A DNA stretch of 64,000 bases from an uncultured Clostridia bacterium (lineage in GTDB: Bacteria > Bacillota > Clostridia > Oscillospirales > Ruminococcaceae). Under the pieces are notes generated by a model, which was given only the letters and a program-made list of their open reading frames with translations, ran no database searches and was not told the origin of the DNA. A program made the position numbers and the translations under genes. Shown here piece by piece: positions 36,601-45,785 of the stretch (positions within the stretch are counted from its first letter, which is position 1; each line of letters begins with the position of its first letter). The stretch lies in contig CALXBH010000004.1 in the NCBI GenBank assembly GCA_944386475.1, forward strand, positions 1 through 64,000, in the 5' to 3' direction.

Positions 36601-38259
36601 GAAGCTTTTACAAAACGAGCCGATCAGGTTTCGCCGCTCAAGGGAAATCGTGTGGATTCCTTTGTGGAAAATAATGCCGCACTGGCAGGGAGTGCGCAGG
36701 GCGCATTGCAGTCCATTGTGACGAAGGAAAACAATACACTGTACCTGACAGTAATTAACCATAATAAAAAGGAGGATATTGGGGCAGCCTTTAATTTGAA
36801 AGGATATGTCATAAAGAGCGAGGCGGCGGTGCGGACGGCGGATTATGTAGATGAAAGCAGTCTGGGACTTTGGGAAAACGAAAGCTGTGAAGAGATCAGT
36901 GCTTCCTTAGGAATAGGGGAAAGTTCCTTCTCCTATGTTATCCCTGCAGGAGCGGTCGTATCAATAAAAGTGTCGGGAACTAGTTCGGCTGATCCATGGA
37001 CGGAAAATTTTCAGCTAAGACATTTTAGTGCGGTCGCAACGGGGCAAATGCCTACTTACTTTTCTAAGGTAAGCGGTGCGGCATCCTCTCAGCAGGAACC
37101 CGGCAACGCTCAACAGCAGGTATTTATGCTGAAAAGAGATAATACGGACACCCTTGTAAAAGCCACTTTGTCTGGAAAAGATTTTCCTGTAAGCGAAGAG
37201 GTCACTTATGACGGGCTTTTACAAATAAAACTAAGTGTCAAGCCGTCGCAGCAAGAAGGGCGCTTCAGCATACAGCTGCTATCGCAGGAAGATGTTGCAT
37301 TAGAAATTGAATTTAACAATGGAAAGATTATCAGTGACGGAAAGGAAGTAGGCAGTTATCAGGCAAACCAGTGGTACAAACTTGAAGTAGTGCTGGATCA
37401 TCAGGCAAAAGAATATTCCGTATATAATAATGGAAACTGTCTTGCGTATAATCAAGGCTACTCCGGCACGGCAGTAGATGCTTTAGATTATGCAGCTTTC
37501 TGTGTAACGGATACAAACAGCACATTCTATATAGATGATTTCTATATAAGATCTATGGATGTGAAAATGGAATCTAAAATTACACAAATAGATTCTGTTT
37601 TTGTGACAACGAAAGCGGGAAACAAACCCGTGCTTCCGTCACAGGTAACTGTTCGTTATAATACGGGAGAAAGTGATGAGAGAGAAGTAATCTGGCAGGA
37701 GATAGAGCCCTCATTGTATGAACAGCCTGGAAGATTTACGGTAATAGGTGCAGTTGACGGAACAGTTTTAGAAGCGGCTGCACAGATAACCGTTGAAGAA
37801 AATGACAGTACCTCCAGCGATATCAGTGGCAGTGATTCTTCAAGCGATGTTTCCGGGGATAATTCCTCTGATGATTCCTCAAGCGATGCTGCTGATGAGG
37901 TTTCCTCCGGCGACTCTCATAGCGATGTTTCCGGGGATAATTCTTCTGATGATTCCTCAAGTGATACTGCCGGCGAGGTTTCCTCCAATGACCCGCATGG
38001 CAATGCTTCCGAGGATAGCTCTTCCGACAACCACTCGAACGATGCTGCAGATGGAGGCTCTTCGGATGAATTTTTGAGCAATACCGTTGGAGGTAGTATA
38101 ACTGAGGATTTAGATCATACGGGTAAAAACGAAAACGAACCACCGGCGACATCCGATCAGAATACCCATTTATTATTAGTAGCGATTTCTGTTGCGGTTT
38201 TGTTGGCGGCAGGAAGCATCTGCCTGATAAAGAATGAGACGGATAAGAAATCGTCCTAG
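33613..38259 (+). CDS. Giant (1548 aa) secreted GH51 alpha-L-arabinofuranosidase with internally duplicated beta-sandwich/laminin-G-like/Big_4 modules, Ser/Asp-rich repeats and a C-terminal TM anchor
   Basis: Signal peptide MRKRVSSMLLAIIVALMPATVG. VVRYPGGTIANLFTWKDTIGPKDQR and GHPEPYNVKYFEIGNEM closely match the recalled GH51 AbfA motifs (RWPGGNFVS..W.DGIGPKDQR; GHPEPYNVKYWGIGNEM). Big_4-like repeats (VTARYNTGEDVEMGVTWDDIDPSQY). Duplicated ~280-aa module. C-terminus is THLLLVAISVAVLLAAGSICLIKNETDKKSS. Confidence 0.8.
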   Translation: MRKRVSSMLLAIIVALMPATVGIGSSMQLENTARPIITVDAFSERGEISPYTLGSNHRHAYGGFGMYDEENDEVYPDFLEKTKEANLGVVRYPGGTIANLFTWKDTIGPKDQRNNVVLGSNYASVFPYYGLDEHMQYTEDIGAEVIYMVAEPAETPQGAADLVEYLNGIPGENNDGGTDWAQIRADNGHPEPYNVKYFEIGNEMSISNQQYWLNLPSVYGETDRAKRYVLGDTVQATKAPARIKGTWQDNKSRGTANQNFYTQYSPVVEGTDAVYVNGVKWNRVEQLDGAGSENVYTFDPAEGKISFGDGKNGNIPPKDATITIDYQHRHAGFMEYYDAMKAVDPSIKIFANLPYTYNFITDGKCDGIVYHNYIDFPSDLKTKEEVHDTYIDISDRLVKMIDSNVSELRERSVSQDTIAAVTEFGSINIPAAYSEDTSAEGRDEARSLSRALSFATTYIGSAKAESLIHIHQAFTAYSFGGGPGITNADQVYNSLYAPYADDPTTFIESGTALAYKLIGNNTGSTVRNSYIQNNPVVTRHKEYEALNVLATQEDENGDLYLMVVNRDSENDIAASLNLKGYAISGKARIQTLNAEDVASCNTPEHPEDIKITEQQVVFGEGESSFSYTFPAHSIVAIKLSGKSTDFYEENFPLRHFSAVEVGKVPEYFELSNGTAFAQNDTAGNRAFEIKRAGADTKVKGTLSGQAVNSTEIKTYDGLMKIKFKLKAKQTGGRLEISVLSNGKKALEFALENGAVKNDGSVRAIYTNNQFHDIEIVLDHKAGQYVLYFDGSYIGSPGKYNAEITDPLDYIQFEAKNQDASYVIDDFLIESADDTMLPKITQIDAVERTTEVGEAPSLPDKVTARYNTGEDVEMGVTWDDIDPSQYAAEGVYEVAGTVSELNIPARAVITVVKPIHALTPIEIQTVAGTSPQLPASMEVEYISGEKEIKSIIWDEIDPVQYQSAGEFIVEGTIDGVAKRPQAKITVIAKADVPIITVEAFTKRADQVSPLKGNRVDSFVENNAALAGSAQGALQSIVTKENNTLYLTVINHNKKEDIGAAFNLKGYVIKSEAAVRTADYVDESSLGLWENESCEEISASLGIGESSFSYVIPAGAVVSIKVSGTSSADPWTENFQLRHFSAVATGQMPTYFSKVSGAASSQQEPGNAQQQVFMLKRDNTDTLVKATLSGKDFPVSEEVTYDGLLQIKLSVKPSQQEGRFSIQLLSQEDVALEIEFNNGKIISDGKEVGSYQANQWYKLEVVLDHQAKEYSVYNNGNCLAYNQGYSGTAVDALDYAAFCVTDTNSTFYIDDFYIRSMDVKMESKITQIDSVFVTTKAGNKPVLPSQVTVRYNTGESDEREVIWQEIEPSLYEQPGRFTVIGAVDGTVLEAAAQITVEENDSTSSDISGSDSSSDVSGDNSSDDSSSDAADEVSSGDSHSDVSGDNSSDDSSSDTAGEVSSNDPHGNASEDSSSDNHSNDAADGGSSDEFLSNTVGGSITEDLDHTGKNENEPPATSDQNTHLLLVAISVAVLLAAGSICLIKNETDKKSS

Positions 38260-38262
38260 TAA

Positions 38263-38300
38263 AACAGCCCTCGGGATTTTAAAATCCCGAGGGCTGTTTA
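38263..38300. terminator. Bidirectional terminator between convergent GH51 gene and the SH3b/C39-like gene
   Basis: AAACAGCCCTCGGGATTTT-AAAATCCCGAGGGCTGTTT perfect palindrome. Confidence 0.6.
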
Positions 38301-38339
38301 TATAAGACCCGGCTTTTGCAGGAGTTTTATGGCCAATAG

Positions 38340-39329
38340 CTACCGGTAGTAAACGTATTTATAAAACACCGGATACTCGTTAAACAAATGCTGTAAGGTC
38401 GTGCGGTACTGAGAACCGGGGTCGTTGACGGTAAACTTAGAGGCTGTCAGGGTATCCCCGCCGGTGTAACCGGTGACGACCACCCAGTGCTGTTTCCCTG
38501 CGCTGGTCTTAGCGCCTACCAGCACCGGCTTGCCCTGTTTTAAAAGGTTATAAACAGCGTTTAAATAGCCGGAGCTGTTTGTCACGTTCACATAATCGCC
38601 GGGCCAGTATAAGTCGCCGGAGGAGGAGTAGCTGAGCTTTTTGGACATGGCGTCGGGATAGATGGTGACGCCGTTGCGGTAGGACTCCATCATGGCGATG
38701 GCCGTGGTGGTGCAGCCGATGCGGGCAATGGTCTTGCCGGAATTGCCGATGATAACATTTGCCCAACGGCTGTCGGTCTGCTTAAAGTCCGGCAGGGGCA
38801 GGGAGACAGCGGCATAGGTCTGGGAGGATTTTAAGTAACTGCTGCTGACATAGCCTGTCTTTACGCCGTCATACAGCACCCTGCTGAATCCTGAGGACTC
38901 CGAAAGGACCAAAACCGTTTTCCCCTTGGCTAACGAACCGATGATCCCATAGCCGGTGCCCGGGCCGCTGCGGACGTTGAGGTTTGTGGAGCTTGTGTTG
39001 ACGGCAGCGATCTTGCTGGAAACCGTCTGGATATAATCCTTGTGGCAGTAACCGTATTTGCCGTCAGCGTATTCCACCTTCCACCAGCTGCCGGACAGGG
39101 AGAGAAGCGTCACATAACTGCCCTTATTTAACGAAGCGACCACCGCCGCGGAGGTGGAAGCGCTGGCCCGGACGTTAAGCCGGCCTGAGGAGGTGGCGAC
39201 CACGCCCGCCTGACTGCTGGCGGATGCCGCCGAAGCGCTTATACCAGCGGCAGAGAGAAAGCAGACGCTTATTACCACCGCGGTAAACAGAGAGAGCAAT
39301 CGTTTCATCAGAAGTTTTTTGTTGTTCAT
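38340..39329 (-). CDS. Secreted SH3b-domain protein with C-terminal C39-like (Peptidase_C39_2) cysteine peptidase domain; putative cell-wall hydrolase
   Basis: Signal peptide. Two SH3b-like repeats (SGRLNVRASASTSAAVVASLNKGSYV; STNLNVRSGPGTGYGIIGSLAKGKTV). C-terminal DFKQTDSRWANVIIGNSGKTIARIGCTTTAIAMM, with a later conserved HWVVVTGY His, is the C39_2-like papain-fold pattern. Confidence 0.7.
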   Translation of the reverse strand: MNNKKLLMKRLLSLFTAVVISVCFLSAAGISASAASASSQAGVVATSSGRLNVRASASTSAAVVASLNKGSYVTLLSLSGSWWKVEYADGKYGYCHKDYIQTVSSKIAAVNTSSTNLNVRSGPGTGYGIIGSLAKGKTVLVLSESSGFSRVLYDGVKTGYVSSSYLKSSQTYAAVSLPLPDFKQTDSRWANVIIGNSGKTIARIGCTTTAIAMMESYRNGVTIYPDAMSKKLSYSSSGDLYWPGDYVNVTNSSGYLNAVYNLLKQGKPVLVGAKTSAGKQHWVVVTGYTGGDTLTASKFTVNDPGSQYRTTLQHLFNEYPVFYKYVYYR

Positions 39330-39483
39330 AAAACCCACCTTTATACAAAATTTGTTTTTACATTTGGCTTTCGCCTACGCAAATCATATCATTTAAGTAG
39401 GTTTTTGACAATACTGAAAATACCGGAAACAAAGGCAAAAAAAGGACGTGCTGCAATATGCAGCACGTCCTTTTGGAAGCTTA

Positions 39484-41256
39484 TTATAAATCCTGTAGCT
39501 GTGCGGTGTACAGCTTGTAGTAGTCGCCTTTTTTAGCCATCAGTTCCTCGTGGGAGCCGCACTCGGTGATGCCTTTGTTGGAGACATACATGATCTTGTC
39601 GCAGTTTTTGATGGTAGAAAGCCGGTGGGCGATGATAAAGGAGGTTCTGCCCTTGAGCAGCTCGTTTAAGCCCTTTTGCAGCTGCCGCTCGGTCTTGGCA
39701 TCGATGGAGGAAGTGGCCTCGTCCAAAATAAGGATTCTGGGGTCGGCGAGCAGCGTGCGGGCAAAAGCCACCAGCTGTTTTTGCCCTTGGGACAAACGGC
39801 TGCCCCGCTCGTTGACCTCGGTGTAATAGCCAAGTTCCATCTGTTCGATAAACTCGTTGGCACAGACGGTCTCGCAGGCCTTTTTCACCTCGGCGTCGGT
39901 GGCGTCCAACCGGCCGTATTTAATGTTGTCCATAATCGTGCCGGAGAAGATAAAGCTGTCTTGCAGCATGATGCCCATCTGGGAGCGCAGGGAGTGAAGG
40001 GTCACCTGGGAGATATCGTGACCGTCCATCAAAATCCTTCCCCCATTGAGGTTATAAAACCGGGAGATCAAGTTGACGACGGTGGTTTTTCCGGCGCCGG
40101 TGGGGCCTACCAAAGCGATGCTCTCGCCCGGTTTTACCTGGAAAGACAGATTCTCCAGGATATTCCGCTCCCCGTCGTAGGAGAAGGTCACATGGTCAAA
40201 GGTTACCTCGCCGGTGATGGGAGGAAGCTCCTTGGCACCGGGAGCATCGCTGACGGTGACCGGCTCGTCCATGGTCTCAAAGATCCGCTCCAGATAAGCG
40301 ATGGCGTTGACAAAGTTGTTATAAAGGTTTGCGATATTTAAAATCGGCTGCCAGAACCGGGTAGCATAGGTGGTCATGGCAAAGATGATGCCGAAGGATA
40401 CCGAGGGCTGCAAAGCCAGCACTCCGATAAGATACAGCGCCGCCGTGACCCACACCGAGATGTTGTCCACCGACGTCCATACCAGGTTTCCGATATACTG
40501 GGCTTTCATCCAGGCATCCCGGTAATTTTTGTTAAGGCGGCCGAAGATGTTTTTGTTTTCCTCTTCCCGGGTGAACAGCTGGGTGATCTTAGCGCCGTCC
40601 AGACTTTCGTGGAGGTAGGCGTTCATGTTGGAGCTTTTGTTGGACACCTGCTGCCAGGAACGCCGCTGGGCCGGCTTGATGAGAAAGACAAGCAGCAAAA
40701 AGATGGGAATGCCTGCAAACACCAGCAGGGACAGCTTGGGGCTGGTGGCGATCATGAAGATCGAGATAAAGATCAGGTTAAAGACTTCCAGCACAAAGTT
40801 GATGATGCCGTTGGAAAGGGTGTCCGACACGTTGTTGACGTAGTGGACGATCCTGGTCAAAATCTTTCCGTGGGGCCGGTTGTCATAATACTCAAAGGAG
40901 AGCTCCTGCAAATGGTCAAACAGGTCTTTCCGGATGTCGTAGATAATCTCCTGCCCTACCCTAGTCATCATGCGGGAGCGGATGGTGGTAAACGCCACGC
41001 TGACAATAATGGTAATGAGCAAAACCACCGACAGCAAAATCAGCTGGGGGACGTCCTTTTGGGGGATAGTGTTGTCCAAAGCGTACTGGATGATTTTGGG
41101 ACCAAACAGGGTGGTGACCGCCGCCAATGCCGACAGGATCAGGGCCACCGTCATGGGACGTCCGTGGCGTTTAATGTATTTGCCGGCCCGTTTTAAATGG
41201 GTAAAGCTAAAAGGGGTTTCCAGGGTTTCGTCAACGTCGAATTTATTTCTGGCCAT
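39484..41256 (-). CDS. ABC transporter permease/ATP-binding protein (type I exporter half-transporter)
   Basis: Six-TM domain plus an NBD with Walker A GPTGAGKTT, signature LSQGQKQLVAFAR, Walker B ILILDEATS and H-loop. Confidence 0.9.
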   Translation of the reverse strand: MARNKFDVDETLETPFSFTHLKRAGKYIKRHGRPMTVALILSALAAVTTLFGPKIIQYALDNTIPQKDVPQLILLSVVLLITIIVSVAFTTIRSRMMTRVGQEIIYDIRKDLFDHLQELSFEYYDNRPHGKILTRIVHYVNNVSDTLSNGIINFVLEVFNLIFISIFMIATSPKLSLLVFAGIPIFLLLVFLIKPAQRRSWQQVSNKSSNMNAYLHESLDGAKITQLFTREEENKNIFGRLNKNYRDAWMKAQYIGNLVWTSVDNISVWVTAALYLIGVLALQPSVSFGIIFAMTTYATRFWQPILNIANLYNNFVNAIAYLERIFETMDEPVTVSDAPGAKELPPITGEVTFDHVTFSYDGERNILENLSFQVKPGESIALVGPTGAGKTTVVNLISRFYNLNGGRILMDGHDISQVTLHSLRSQMGIMLQDSFIFSGTIMDNIKYGRLDATDAEVKKACETVCANEFIEQMELGYYTEVNERGSRLSQGQKQLVAFARTLLADPRILILDEATSSIDAKTERQLQKGLNELLKGRTSFIIAHRLSTIKNCDKIMYVSNKGITECGSHEELMAKKGDYYKLYTAQLQDL

Positions 41257-41259
41257 TTG

Positions 41260-43038
41260 TTATTCCCCCTTTTCCTGAGCCGCCTGGGGCGCGGCGCCGT
41301 CGCTTTGCAGGTCGTAGATCTCCCGGTAAAAGCCGGGGTGTTTTAAAAGCTCTTCATGGGTGCCCATCTCGGCGATCTCCCCGTTTTGCAGCACGATGAT
41401 CTTATCGGCGCTTTTGGTGGTGGAGATCCGCTGGGCAATGATGAATTTGGTACAGGGGAAATCCAGGTTTTTAAGGCTTTGCTGGATGAATTTTTCCGTT
41501 TCCATGTCCACGGCGGAGGTGGTGTCGTCCAAAATCAGGATGGCGGGCCGGACGGCCAGCGCCCGGGCCAATGCGATCCGCTGCTTCTGACCGCCGGACA
41601 GGCCCACGCCCCGTTCGCCGATAATCGTTTCAAAGCCCTGCTCCATACCGTCAATAAAATCGGCGGCGGCTAAGTGGGCGTATTTTTTGACCTCTTCCTC
41701 GCTGATGTCCGGGTCGCCGTAGGCGATATTGCCGTCCACCGTGTCGGAGAATAAAAACACATCCTGGGTGGCCATGCCGATGTTATGGCGCAGGTCGGAC
41801 TTATCCCACATCTTGACGTTTAACCCGTCCACATCCACTTCCCCCTGAGTGGCGTCGTACAGCCGGGGGATCAGGTTGACAAGGGAGGTTTTCCCAGCGC
41901 CGGTGTTACCCATGATGGCGATGGTCTCGCCGGGGTTGGCGGTAAAGGTGATGTGCTTTAACACCTCGCTGCCGTGGAAGGAAAGAGTGACGTCTTTAAA
42001 CTCCACCTTGCCTTCGAACCGTTCTTTCTTGCTCACACAGTTATAGCGGTTGACAATGGTGGGATGGGTGTAATAAAGCTCGATGATCTTGGAGGAACTG
42101 GCGAAGAACCGCTGCAAATCGTTTAACAGCATCCCCATCATCCGCATGGGGTTAGCTAGCGTCCCCGCCAGGGAGGAAAACGCCAGCAGCTCGCCGGCGG
42201 TGAGCCTGCCGTAGATCATAAACAGTCCGCCCACCAAAAGGGTCACCACCGTAAGGGATTGGGCCAAAGACTCCACTACCGGATAGTAGTTGTACCACAA
42301 AAGGTTTGCCTTCATGTTGGCGTCCCGGTAATCGGCGTTTTTGCCGTCGAATTTTTTTCGCTCAAAATCCTCCCGGGCAAAGGCGCGCACCACCCGGTTG
42401 CCGGCGATGTTTTCCTGGGCGCCCACGTTTAGGTCAGACAGCCTTTCCCGGGAGTCCCGGTGCAGTGGGCCCACCTTCCGGGAAAACCGGGTGGTCACCA
42501 CATAGATAAACGGGGTGATCGCCAGCAGAATCAGGGTAAAAATGACATCCACCGTCAAGAAGTACACCACGGTGCCGATAAAGACCACAACGTTTTCCAA
42601 AATTACACGGACGATCCAGGCCAGGGTGTGCCGAATCATGTCCATATCGCCGGTTAGGCGGTTCATCAGGTCGCCGGTGCGGTTTTTGTCGTAAAAATCC
42701 ATGTCCTGGCGCTGCATGTTTTGATACAAATAATCCCGCAGGGTGCGCACCACCCCCTGGGAGGCCCGTTCGCACAGGATAATCACCAGATAAAAAACTG
42801 AGGTTCGGGCTAAGGTGGACAACACTAGGCCGATGACTAAGGGAATCAGCCTGTCCACATGGCGGACCACCTGACCGGAGGCGTCGGGAACCCCGGTGAT
42901 AACCTGGTCTACAATCTGCTGGGAGATCATGGGGTTTACTAACGTCAGGCCTGCGCCTACCACCACCAGGCACAGGGCGATGATATAAGCCACCCGGTAG
43001 CCTTTTAGATTTTTCCAAATCCATCGAATCTGAAACAT
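41260..43038 (-). CDS. ABC transporter permease/ATP-binding protein (partner half-transporter of a heterodimeric exporter)
   Basis: TMD plus an NBD with Walker A GNTGAGKTS, signature LSGGQKQRIALARAL, Walker B ILILDDTTSAVD. Start taken at MFQIRWIWKNL with a GGAAAGGA RBS. The tracked ORF extends to 43194. Confidence 0.9.
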   Translation of the reverse strand: MFQIRWIWKNLKGYRVAYIIALCLVVVGAGLTLVNPMISQQIVDQVITGVPDASGQVVRHVDRLIPLVIGLVLSTLARTSVFYLVIILCERASQGVVRTLRDYLYQNMQRQDMDFYDKNRTGDLMNRLTGDMDMIRHTLAWIVRVILENVVVFIGTVVYFLTVDVIFTLILLAITPFIYVVTTRFSRKVGPLHRDSRERLSDLNVGAQENIAGNRVVRAFAREDFERKKFDGKNADYRDANMKANLLWYNYYPVVESLAQSLTVVTLLVGGLFMIYGRLTAGELLAFSSLAGTLANPMRMMGMLLNDLQRFFASSSKIIELYYTHPTIVNRYNCVSKKERFEGKVEFKDVTLSFHGSEVLKHITFTANPGETIAIMGNTGAGKTSLVNLIPRLYDATQGEVDVDGLNVKMWDKSDLRHNIGMATQDVFLFSDTVDGNIAYGDPDISEEEVKKYAHLAAADFIDGMEQGFETIIGERGVGLSGGQKQRIALARALAVRPAILILDDTTSAVDMETEKFIQQSLKNLDFPCTKFIIAQRISTTKSADKIIVLQNGEIAEMGTHEELLKHPGFYREIYDLQSDGAAPQAAQEKGE

Positions 43039-43313
43039 AGCTTTCAGTCCTTTCCATCCTGCAGTGAGGAATGGGATCGTGGGTATACTGTCGAAACGTA
43101 GGTTAATTATAGCGCATCTGATAAAAAAGGAAAGGGGTTTTGTGAATTTTCTGATAACAAAAAATGACTGTTTTTTAACGACATCCCTGTGCAAAATGTC
43201 TATATATTAACGGAAAGAATGATTTTTGCCGGAAATGTCAACGATTGTTTACAAAAAAGTCTGTGACCGGTATAATAAAACCATACCAGACAGGATATGA
43301 GGAGGGGATTTAT

Positions 43314-44849
43314 ATGGTTGCGCGGCTTTACAGTTTTGGCCTTTGCGGGATGGAGGCCTTTGTGGTTACCATTGAGGTGGATATTTCCAAAGGGCTTCCG
43401 GGATTTGAGATCGTGGGGCTGCCTGACGCGGCGGTGCGGGAGAGCCGGGACCGGGTGCGCAGCGCCATGAAAAACTGCGGTTATGATTTTCCCGTCAGCC
43501 GCATCACCATGAACCTGGCCCCGGCGGATATTAAAAAATCCGGGCCTTTGTATGATCTGCCGTTACTGTTGTCCATGCTGTGCGCCACCGGGCAGCTGGA
43601 GGGGGAGTGGGAGGACAGCGCCTTTTTGGGGGAGCTCTCCCTCACAGGGGAGGTTCGTCCGGTCAACGGGGTGCTGCCCATGGCCATCGCCGCGAAGGAA
43701 CATGGCTTCCGGCGGATTTTTGTCCCCCGGCAAAACGCCGCCGAGGGCGCGGCGGTGGAGGGCATCCAGGTGTTCGGCGTCTCCCACGTCAAGGAGCTCA
43801 CCGCCTTTTTATCCGGCGCCGGCCCGTTAGAACCGGTATCTCAAAAACCGGACTTTAATGTGGAGCGCGAGCCCCAGCCGGATTTTTGCGACGTCAAGGG
43901 CCAGCAGGGGGCCAAACGCGCGCTGGAGATCGCGGCGGCGGGTGGGCACAACGCTTTGCTAATCGGCCCGCCCGGCTCGGGGAAGAGTATGCTGGCAAAG
44001 CGTTTGCCCTCCATTCTGCCGGACATGAGCTTTGAAGAATCCATCGAAACCACCAAAATTCATTCCATCGCCGGGATTTTGCCGCCCCAGACGCCTTTAA
44101 TCGTCCACCGCCCCTTCCGCGCGCCTCATCACACCATCTCCGCCCCCGGCCTGGCGGGAGGCGGCAACAGCCAGATTCGGCCGGGAGAGATCTCGCTGGC
44201 CCACAACGGGGTGCTGTTTTTAGACGAGCTGCCGGAGTTTTCCCGGACGGCGCTGGAGGTTTTGCGCCAGCCGATGGAGGATTCCAAGGTGACCATCTCC
44301 CGGGTCAACGGCTCTTTGTCCTACCCCTGCTCGGTGATGGTGGTCGCGGCGATGAATCCCTGTCCCTGCGGGTATTTTGGCCATCCTGCCCGGCCCTGCA
44401 CCTGCACGCCTCAGCAGGTGTCCCGGTATCTTTCCCGGGTGTCCGGCCCCCTTTTAGACCGGCTGGATCTGCATATCGACGTGCTTCCGGTGGAGTTTTC
44501 TTCCCTTACCTCCACCCAAAAGGCCGAACCCTCCGCCGCCATCAAAAAACGGGTGGATGCCGCCCGGAAACGCCAGCAGGAGCGCTTTGCCGGGCAAGGG
44601 ATCTCCTGCAACGCCCGCATGAAGCCGGGAATGCTGGCTGAGGCCTGTCCTATGACCGATCAGGCGGAAACCTTACTAAAAAACGCCTTTGAACGGATGG
44701 GGCTTTCCGCCCGGGCCTATGACCGGATCTTAAAAGTCGCCCGCACCATCGCCGATCTGGACGGGGAGGACGTTATCGCCGCCGGGCATATCGCCGAGGC
44801 GGTGCAGTACCGGAGCCTCGACCGGAAATACTGGCTGAGCGACCGGTAG
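43314..44849 (+). CDS. comM: YifB/ComM family Mg-chelatase-like AAA+ ATPase
   Basis: N-terminal Lon-protease-like domain (EVDISKGLPGFEIVGLPDAAVRESRDRV). AAA+ core with Walker A GPPGSGKSM and Walker B VLFLDELPEF. C-terminal ChlI-type domain. Start at MVARLYS with an AGGAGGGG RBS. Confidence 0.85.
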   Translation: MVARLYSFGLCGMEAFVVTIEVDISKGLPGFEIVGLPDAAVRESRDRVRSAMKNCGYDFPVSRITMNLAPADIKKSGPLYDLPLLLSMLCATGQLEGEWEDSAFLGELSLTGEVRPVNGVLPMAIAAKEHGFRRIFVPRQNAAEGAAVEGIQVFGVSHVKELTAFLSGAGPLEPVSQKPDFNVEREPQPDFCDVKGQQGAKRALEIAAAGGHNALLIGPPGSGKSMLAKRLPSILPDMSFEESIETTKIHSIAGILPPQTPLIVHRPFRAPHHTISAPGLAGGGNSQIRPGEISLAHNGVLFLDELPEFSRTALEVLRQPMEDSKVTISRVNGSLSYPCSVMVVAAMNPCPCGYFGHPARPCTCTPQQVSRYLSRVSGPLLDRLDLHIDVLPVEFSSLTSTQKAEPSAAIKKRVDAARKRQQERFAGQGISCNARMKPGMLAEACPMTDQAETLLKNAFERMGLSARAYDRILKVARTIADLDGEDVIAAGHIAEAVQYRSLDRKYWLSDR

Positions 44850-44904
44850 GCGTATTTTATATGTGCGGAAAAACTCATCCCGGGGCAACCGCCCCGGGAT
44901 GGGT

Positions 44905-45222
44905 TTACAACAGAATATACAAAAGCGCTAACAAAAGAGAGGGGTCGGCTCCTTCGTTTGCCAGCAACAGAAGCAGGGCAAGCAACAGGAGCTGATCGTT
45001 TTGAAGCCCCAGCATTCCCGCGATTCCCGACAAAGGGGAACCAGCGGGATTTTTTTGTTCTAAAGGCTTTTCCTGGGACTTTTCCGGCGGCTTTGCCGGG
45101 GGAGGCTCCGGCGGGGGAGGGGCTACCTGCTGGCGGGCCCGGCGCTGCATCTCCCGCACCCGCCGGATGGCGTCCGCCTGCATGGACATGATCTCCCCGC
45201 TGGTATATCCGGATTGATTCAT
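44905..45222 (-). CDS. Small hypothetical protein (Pro-rich middle, C-terminal Leu-rich hydrophobic tail)
   Basis: 105 aa, the last gene of a three-gene small-protein operon on the minus strand. PPPPEPPPAKPPEK segment and a LLLLALLLLLAN...LLLALLYILL tail. No recognisable family. Confidence 0.4.
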   Translation of the reverse strand: MNQSGYTSGEIMSMQADAIRRVREMQRRARQQVAPPPPEPPPAKPPEKSQEKPLEQKNPAGSPLSGIAGMLGLQNDQLLLLALLLLLANEGADPSLLLALLYILL

Positions 45223-45270
45223 CTTGCGTCACGCCCTTTCCTGCTGTGGGAGAACGATAAGCCCGGCCTG

Positions 45271-45735
45271 TTACTCTTTGTGAAACATCCCGTCGAACAG
45301 GCCCAGATCTTTTACAAGAGGGATAAGCTCCATTAATTGGAGCATCCGCAAGGCCTCGTCGGCTTTTTTCTGGCGTTCCGGCTGCAAATGTGGCTTTAAG
45401 GCCATAATCAGCCGGGTGTTTTTGTCCTCCTTGCGGCTGCCGAGCTTAGACAGCACCGGCCCCAGCTTCATGAGCATCCCCACGTCAAGCCCCCCGGCTG
45501 TGTCCGCCCCGCCGGGGGGAGGGGAGACTTCTGCTTCCTCCGGAGAGTGGCCGTGCTCTTGTAAAAAGCCGTCCAAAAGATCCCCCAGCGGGTCGGAAGA
45601 AGCGCCTTTGCCGGCAGAAGGCGCCGGAGGGAGAGAGTTTTTTTGCCCATCTAGGGAGGAAAACAGCTCCCGCAGCCTGTTTTGCCCCTGTTCGGTGCTG
45701 AGGATCTCCCGGAGCTTTTGGATGACATCCTCCAC
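45271..45735 (-). CDS. Small hypothetical protein (154 aa, predicted helical/coiled)
   Basis: GTG start with AAAGGAGG 7 nt upstream. No recognisable motif. Same orientation and tight spacing as its neighbours. Confidence 0.4.
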   Translation of the reverse strand: MEDVIQKLREILSTEQGQNRLRELFSSLDGQKNSLPPAPSAGKGASSDPLGDLLDGFLQEHGHSPEEAEVSPPPGGADTAGGLDVGMLMKLGPVLSKLGSRKEDKNTRLIMALKPHLQPERQKKADEALRMLQLMELIPLVKDLGLFDGMFHKE

Positions 45736-45785
45736 GGCAGGGCCTCCTTTCAGGCTGGATACTTACCGAGCTAACCGCTTTGCGG

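Noticed and set aside
37800-38080. Short tandem DNA repeats that could superficially look like a CRISPR-type or minisatellite array
   Set aside because: They are in-frame coding repeats of a Ser/Asp-rich linker (SGDNSSDDSSSD...). The repeats are imperfect and there are no spacers. No cas genes are present in the window.
38340-43038. C39-like peptidase next to two ABC exporter genes, which could suggest a bacteriocin/lantibiotic processing-export locus
   Set aside because: The C39-like domain belongs to a separately secreted SH3b-domain protein (C39_2-type, cell-wall-hydrolase context). It is not fused to the ABC transporter. Both ABC genes are plain TMD-NBD half-transporters with no N-terminal peptidase domain. 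No precursor-peptide or modification-enzyme ORFs are nearby.
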